Part shown: positions 9,391 through 16,401 of the stretch, one piece after another
Numbering within the stretch: position 1 is the first letter of the stretch
Layout: each line of letters begins with the position of its first letter
Assembly (NCBI GenBank): GCA_043228905.1
Contig: JBHGNT010000751.1
Coordinates: forward strand, 1-16,401
Direction of reading: 5' to 3'
From: Azolla caroliniana
Taxonomy: Eukaryota; Plantae; Polypodiophyta
DNA length: 16,401 nucleotides
Made by a program: the position numbers and the translations under genes
Notes under the pieces: generated by a model
The model's database searches: none
What the model was told of the DNA's origin: nothing
What the model saw: the letters and a program-made list of their open reading frames with translations, nothing else

Positions 9391-12300
9391 ACACTTTGAA
9401 ACGACTTAAAAAATATTTAGAGTAAAGATAGGTGAACCATATTGTAGAATGTTGTAGACTTACGCCTTGTCTTACTTTTTATATAATATAAGCAACCTAC
9501 AAGGGTTCTACCAAAAGTTATGAAATTTCGTCCCACATGATGATTTTTGTAAAAAATGAAAATAATTTTACTACACTTTGAAACAACTTAAAAAATATTT
9601 AGAGTAAAGATAGGTGAGCCATATTGTAGAATGTTGTAGACTTACGCCTTGTCTTACTTTTTATATAATATAAGCAACCTACAAGGGTTCTACCAAAAGT
9701 TATGAAATTTCGTCCCACATGATGATTTTTGTAAAAAACGAAAATAATTTTACTACACTTTGAAACGACTTAAAAAATATTTAGAGTAAAGATAGGTGAG
9801 CCATATTGTAGAATGTTGTAGACTTACGCCTTGTCTTACTTTTTCCATAATATAAGCAACCTACAAGGGTTCTACCAAAAGTTATGAAATTTCGTCCCAC
9901 ATGATGATTTTTGTAAAAAATGAAAATAGTTTTACTACACTTTGAAACGACTTAAAAAATATTTAGAGTAAAGATAGGTGAGCCACATTGTAGAATGTTG
10001 TAGACTTACGCCTTGTCTTACTTTTTCCATAATATAAGCAACCTACAAGGGTTCTACCAAAAGTTATGAAATTTCGTCCCACATGATGATTTTTGTAAAA
10101 AATGAAAATAGTTTTACTACACTTTGAAACGACTTAAAAAATATTTAGAGTAAAGATAGGTGAGCCACATTGTAGAATGTTGTAGACTTACGCCTTGTCT
10201 TACTTTTTCCATAATATAAGCAACCTACAAGGGTTCTACCAAAAGTTATGAAATTTCGTCCTACATGATGATTTTTGTAAAAAATGAAATAATTTTTACT
10301 ACACTTTGAAACGACTTAAAAAATATTTAGAGTAAAGATAGGTGAGCCACATTGTAGAATGTTGTAGACTTACGCCTTGTCTTACTTTTTCCATAATATA
10401 AGCAACCTACAAGGGTTCTACCAAAAGTTATGAAATTTCGTCCCACATGATGATTTTTGTAAAAAATGAAAATATTTTTACTACACTTTGAAACGACTTA
10501 AAAAATATTTAGAGTAAAGATAGGTGAGCCACATTGTAGAATGTTGTAGACTTACGCCTTGTCTTACTTTTTCCATAATATAAGCAACCTACAAGGGTTC
10601 TACCAAAAGTTATGAAATTTCGTCCCACATGATGATTTTTGTAAAAAATGAAAATATTTTTACTACACTTTGAAACGACTTAAAAAATATTTAGAGTAAA
10701 GATAGGTGAGCCATATTGTAGAATGTTGTAGACTTACGCCTTGTCTTACTTTTCTTATAGTATAGACAACCTACAAGGGTTCTAGCAAAAGTTATGAAAT
10801 TTCGTCCTACATGATGATTTTTGTAAAAAATGAAAATATTTTTACTACACTTTGAAACGACTTAAAAAATATTTAGAGTAAAGATAGGTGAGCCATATTG
10901 TAGAATGTTGTAGACTTACGCCTTGTCTTACTTTTCTTATAGTATAGACAACCTACAAGGGTTCTACCAAAAGTTATGAAATTTCGTCCTACATGATGAT
11001 TTTTGTAAAAAATGAAAATATTTTTACCACACTTTGAAACGACTTAAAAAATATTTAGAGTAAAGATAGGTGAGCCATATTGTAGAATGTTGTAGACTTA
11101 CGCCTTGTCTTACTTTTCTTATAGTATAGACAACCTACAAGGGTTCTACCAAAAGTTATGAAATTTCGTCCTACATGATGATTTTTGTAAAAAATGAAAA
11201 TATTTTTACTACACTTTGAAACGACTTAAAAAATATTTAGAGTAAAGATAGGTGAGCCATATTGTAGAATGTTGTAGACTTACGCCTTGTCTTACTTTTT
11301 CCATAATATAAGCAACCTACAAGGGTTCTACCAAAAGTTATGAAATTTCGTCCCACATGATGATTTTTGTAAAAAATGAAAATATTTTTACTACACTTTG
11401 AAACGACTTAAAAAATATTTAGAGTAAAGATAGGTGAGCCACATTGTAGAATGTTGTAGACTTACGCCTTGTCTTACTTTTTCCATAATATAAGCAACCT
11501 ACAAGGGTTCTACCAAAAGTTATGAAATTTCGTCCCACATGATGATTTTTGTAAAAAAATGAAAATATTTTTACTACACTTTGAAACGACTTAAAAAATA
11601 TTTAGAGTAAAGATAGGTGAGCCACATTGTAGAATGTTGTAGACTTACGCCTTGTCTTACTTTTTCCATAATATAAGCAACCTACAAGGGTTCTACCAAA
11701 AGTTATGAAATTTCGTCCCACATGATGATTTTTGTAAAAAATGAAAATATTTTTACTACACTTTGAAACGACTTAAAAAATATTTAGAGTAAAGATAGGT
11801 GAGCCACATTGTAGAATGTTGTAGACTTACGCCTTGTCTTACTTTTCTTATAGTATAGACAACCTACAAGGGTTCTACCAAAAGTTATGAAATTTCGTCC
11901 TACATGATGATTTTTGTAAAAAATGAAAATATTTTTACCACACTCTGAAACGACTTAAAAAATATTTAGAGTAAAGATAGGTGAGCCACATTGTAGAATG
12001 TTGTAGACTTACGCCTTGTCTTACTTTTTCCATAATATAAGCAACCTACAAGGGTTCTACCAAAAGTTATGAAATTTCGTCCTACATGATGATTTTTGTA
12101 AAAAATGAAAATATTTTTACTACACTTTGAAACGACTTAAAAAATATTTAGAGTAAAGATAGGTGAGCCATATTGTAGAATGTTGTAGACTTACGCCTTG
12201 TCTTACTTTTCTTATAGTATAGACAACCTACAAGGGTTCTACCAAAAGTTATGAAATTTCGTCCTACATGATGATTTTTGTAAAAAATGAAAATATTTTT

Positions 12301-15300
12301 ACTACACTTTGAAACGACTTAAAAAATATTTAGAGTAAAGATAGGTGAGCCATATTGTAGAATGTTGTAGACTTACGCCTTGTCTTACTTTTCTTATAGT
12401 ATAGACAACCTACAAGGGTTCTACCAAAAGTTATGAAATTTCGTCCTACATGATGATTTTTGTAAAAAATGAAAATATTTTTACTACACTTTGAAACGAC
12501 TTAAAAAATATTTAGAGTAAAGATAGGTGAGCCATATTGTAGAATGTTGTAGACTTACGCCTTGTCTTACTTTTCTTATAGTATAGACAACCTACAAGGG
12601 TTCTACCAAAAGTTATGAAATTTCGTCCTACATGATGATTTTTGTAAAAAATGAAAATATTTTTACTACACTCTGAAACGACTTAAAAAATATTTAGAGT
12701 AAAGATAGGTGAGCCATATTGTAGAATGTTGTAGACTTACGCCTTGTCTTACTTTTTCCATAATATAAGCAACCTACAAGGGTTCTACCAAAAGTTATGA
12801 AATTTCGTCCTACATGATGATTTTTGTAAAAAATGAAAATATTTTTACTACACTTTGAAACGACTTAAAAAATATTTAGAGTAAAGATAGGTGAGCCATA
12901 TTGTAGAATGTTGTAGACTTACGCCTTGTCTTACTTTTCTTATAGTATAGACAACCTACAAGGGTTCTACCAAAAGTTATGAAATTTCGTCCTACATGAT
13001 GATTTTTGTAAAAAATGAAAATATTTTTACTACACTCTGAAACGACTTAAAAAATATTTAGAGTAAAGATGGGTGAGCCATATTGTAGAATGTTGTAGAC
13101 TTACGCCTTATCTTACTTTTTCCATAATATAAGCAACCTACAAGGGTTCTACCAAAAGTAATGAAATTTCGTCCCACATGATGATTTTTGTAAAAAATGA
13201 AAATATTTTTACTACACTTTGAAACGACTTAAAAAATATTTAGAGTAAAGATAGGTGAGCCATATTGTAGAATGTTGTAGACTTATGCCTTGTCTTACTT
13301 TTTCCATAATATAAGCAACCTACAAGGGTTCTACCAAAAGTTATGAAATTTCGTCCTACATGATGATTTTTGTAAAAAATGAAAATATTTTTACTACACT
13401 TTGAAACGACTTAAAAAATATTTATAGTAAAGATAGGTGAGCCATATTGTAGAATGTTGTAGACTTACGCCTTGTCTTACTTTTTCCATAATATAAGCAA
13501 CCTACAAGGGTTCTACCAAAAGTTATGAAATTTCATCCCACATGATGATTTTTGTAAAAAATGAAAATATTCTTACTACACTTTGAAACGACTTAAAAGA
13601 TATTTAGAGTAAAGATAGGTGAGCCATATTGTAGAATGTTGTAGACTTACGCCTTGTCTTACTTTTTCCATAATATAAGCAACCTACAAGGGTTCTACCA
13701 AAAGTTATGAAATTTCGTCCTACATGATGATTTTTGTAAAAAATGAAAATATTTTTACTACACTTTGAAACGACTTAAAAAATATTTATAGTAAAGATAG
13801 GTGAGCCATATTGTAGAATGTTGTAGACTTACGCCTTGTCTTACTTTTTCCATAATATAAGCAACCTACAAGGGTTCTACCAAAAGTTATGAAATTTCGT
13901 CCCACATGATGATTTTTGTAAAAAATGAAAATATTTTTACTACACTTTGAAACGACTTAAAAAATATTTATAGTAAAGATAGGTGAGCCATATTGTAGAA
14001 TGTTGTAGACTTACGCCTTGTCTTTCTTTTTCCATAAAATAAGCAACTTACAAGGGTTCTACCAAAAGTTATGAAATTTCGTCCCACATGATGATTTTTG
14101 TAAAAAATGAAAATATTTTTACTACACTTTGAAACGACTTAAAAAATATTTATAGTAAAGATAGGTGAGCCATATTGTAGAATGTTGTAGACTTACGCCT
14201 TGTCTTACTTTTTCCATAATATAAGCAACCTACAAGGGTTCTACCAAAAGTTATGAAATTTCGTCCCACATGATGATTTTTGTAAAAAATGAAAATATTT
14301 TTACTACACTTTGAAACGACTTAAAAAATATTTATAGTAAAGATAGGTGAGCCATATTGTAGAATGTTGTAGACTTACGCCTTGTCTTACTTTTTCCATA
14401 ATATAAGCAACCTACAAGGGTTCTACCAAAAGTTATGAAATTTCGTCCCACATGATGATTTTTGTAAAAAATGAAATAATTTTTACTACACTTTGAAACG
14501 ACTTAAAAAATATTAAGAGTAAAGATAGGTGAGCCATATTGTAGAATGTTGTAGACTTACGCCTTGTCTTACTTTTCTTATAGTATAGACAACCTACAAG
14601 GGTTCTACCAAAAGTTATGAAATTTCGTCCTACATGATGATTTTTGTAAAAAATGAAAATATTTTTACTACACTTTGAAACGACTTAAAAAATATTTATA
14701 GTAAAGATAGGTGAGCCATATTGTAGAATGTTGTAGACTTACGCCTTGTCTTACTTTTCTTATAGTATAGACAACCTACCAGGGTTCTACCAAAAGTTAT
14801 GAAATTTCGTCCTACATGATGATTTTTGTAAAAAATGAAAATATTTTTACTACACTTTGAAACGACTTAAAAAATATTTATAGTAAAGATAGGTGAGCCA
14901 TATTGTAGAATGTTGTAGACTTACGCCTTGTCTTACTTTTTCCATAATATAAGCAACCTACAAGGGTTCTACCAAAAGTTATGAAATTTCGTCCCACATG
15001 ATGATTTTTGTAAAAAATGAAATAATTTTTACTACACTTTGAAACGACTTAAAAAATATTAAGAGTAAAGATAGGTGAGCCATATTGTAAAATGTTGTAG
15101 ACTTACGCCTTGTCTTACTTTTCTTATAGTATAGACAACCTACAAGGGTTCTACCAAAAGTTATGAAATTTCGTCCCACATGATGATTTTTGTAAAAAAT
15201 GAAAATATTTTTACTACACTTTGAAACGACTTAAAAAATATTTATAGTAAAGATAGGTGAGCCATATTGTAGAATGTTGTAGACTTACGCCTTGTCTTAC

Positions 15301-16401
15301 TTTTTCCATAATATAAGCAACCTACAAGGGTTGTACCAAAAGTTATGAAATTTCGTCCCACATGATGATTTTTGTAAAAAATGAAAATATTTTTACTACA
15401 CTTTGAAACGACTTAAAAAATATTTAGAGTAAAGATAGGTGAGCCATATTGTAGAATGTTGTAGACTTACGCCTTGTCTTACTTTTTCCATAATATAAGC
15501 AACCTACAAGGGTTCTACCAAAAGTTATGAAATTTCGTCCCACATGATGATTTTTGTAAAAAATGAAAATATTTTTACTACACTTTGAAACGACTTAAAA
15601 AATATTTAGAGTAAAGATAGGTGAGCCATATTGTAGAATGTTGTAGACTTACGCCTTGTCTTACTTTTTCCATAATATAAGCAACCTACAAGGGTTGTAC
15701 CAAAAGTTATGAAATTTCGTCCCACATGATGATTTTTGTAAAAAATGAAAATATTTTTACTACACTTTGAAACGACTTAAAAAATATTTAGAGTAAAGAT
15801 AGGTGAGCCATATTGTAGAATGTTGTAGACTTACGCCTTGTCTTACTTTTTCCATAATATAAGCAACCTACAAGGGTTCTACCAAAAGTTATGAAATTTC
15901 GTCCCACATGATGATTTTTGTAAAAAATGAAAATATTTTTACTACACTTTGAAACGACTTAAAAAATATTTAGAGTAAAGATAGGTGAGCCATATTGTAG
16001 AATGTTGTAGACTTACGCCTTGTCTTACTTTTCTTATAGTATAGACAACCTACAAGGGTTCTACCAAAAGTTATGAAATTTCGTCCTACATGATGATTTT
16101 TGTAAAAAATGAAAATATTTTTACTACACTCTGAAACGACTTAAAAAATATTTAGAGTAAAGATGGGTGAGCCATATTGTAGAATGTTGTAGACTTACGC
16201 CTTGTCTTACTTTTTCCATAATATAAGCAACCTACAAGGGTTCTACCAAAAGTTATGAAATTTCGTCCTACATGATGATTTTTGTAAAAAATGAAAATAT
16301 TTTTACTACACTCTGAAACGACTTAAAAAATATTTAGAGTAAAGATGGGTGAGCCATATTGTAGAATGTTGTAGACTTACGCCTTATCTTACTTTTTCCA
16401 T
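9391..16401 (-). repeat. Satellite DNA array 2, same 182-bp family in inverted orientation, ~38.5 copies, runs off the window end
   Basis: 'tgatttttgt' occurs at 9541, 9723, 9905, 10087 ... 16276, a span of 37x182+1. The reverse complement of the monomer aligns with array 1, e.g. 'aaagtaagacaaggc(a/g)taagtctacaacattcta', with ~15 fixed differences (~92% identity by hand count). Confidence 0.97.

Noticed and set aside
9391-16401. CRISPR array or repeat-protein gene
   Set aside because: The monomers are contiguous and near-identical with no unique spacers, there are no cas genes, 182 is not a multiple of 3, and stops are frequent.

Overview
This is AT-rich eukaryotic DNA, probably insect and possibly beetle. 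It is not a prokaryotic locus. None of the supplied ORFs looks like a real gene: most are by-products of repeats and the rest have no recognisable product. Two arrays of one 182-bp satellite family dominate the window, in opposite orientations: array 1 at ~1332-3798 (~13.5 monomers, +) and array 2 at ~9391 to the window end (~38.5 monomers, -). By manual count they differ at about 15 fixed positions per monomer. The 5.6-kb spacer between them holds a cluster of candidate + strand micro-exons with good splice signals (4723-4777, 4909-4942, 5178-5210), several diverged local duplications, a CpG-rich ~22-bp minisatellite and GAA/GA microsatellites. One candidate exon reads (R)LLMIGAKSGQ*, which from memory resembles a beetle female-specific Doublesex C-terminus; this is unverified. 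The most interesting hypothesis is that inverted satellite arrays bracket alternatively spliced stop-codon exons and could base-pair in the pre-mRNA.
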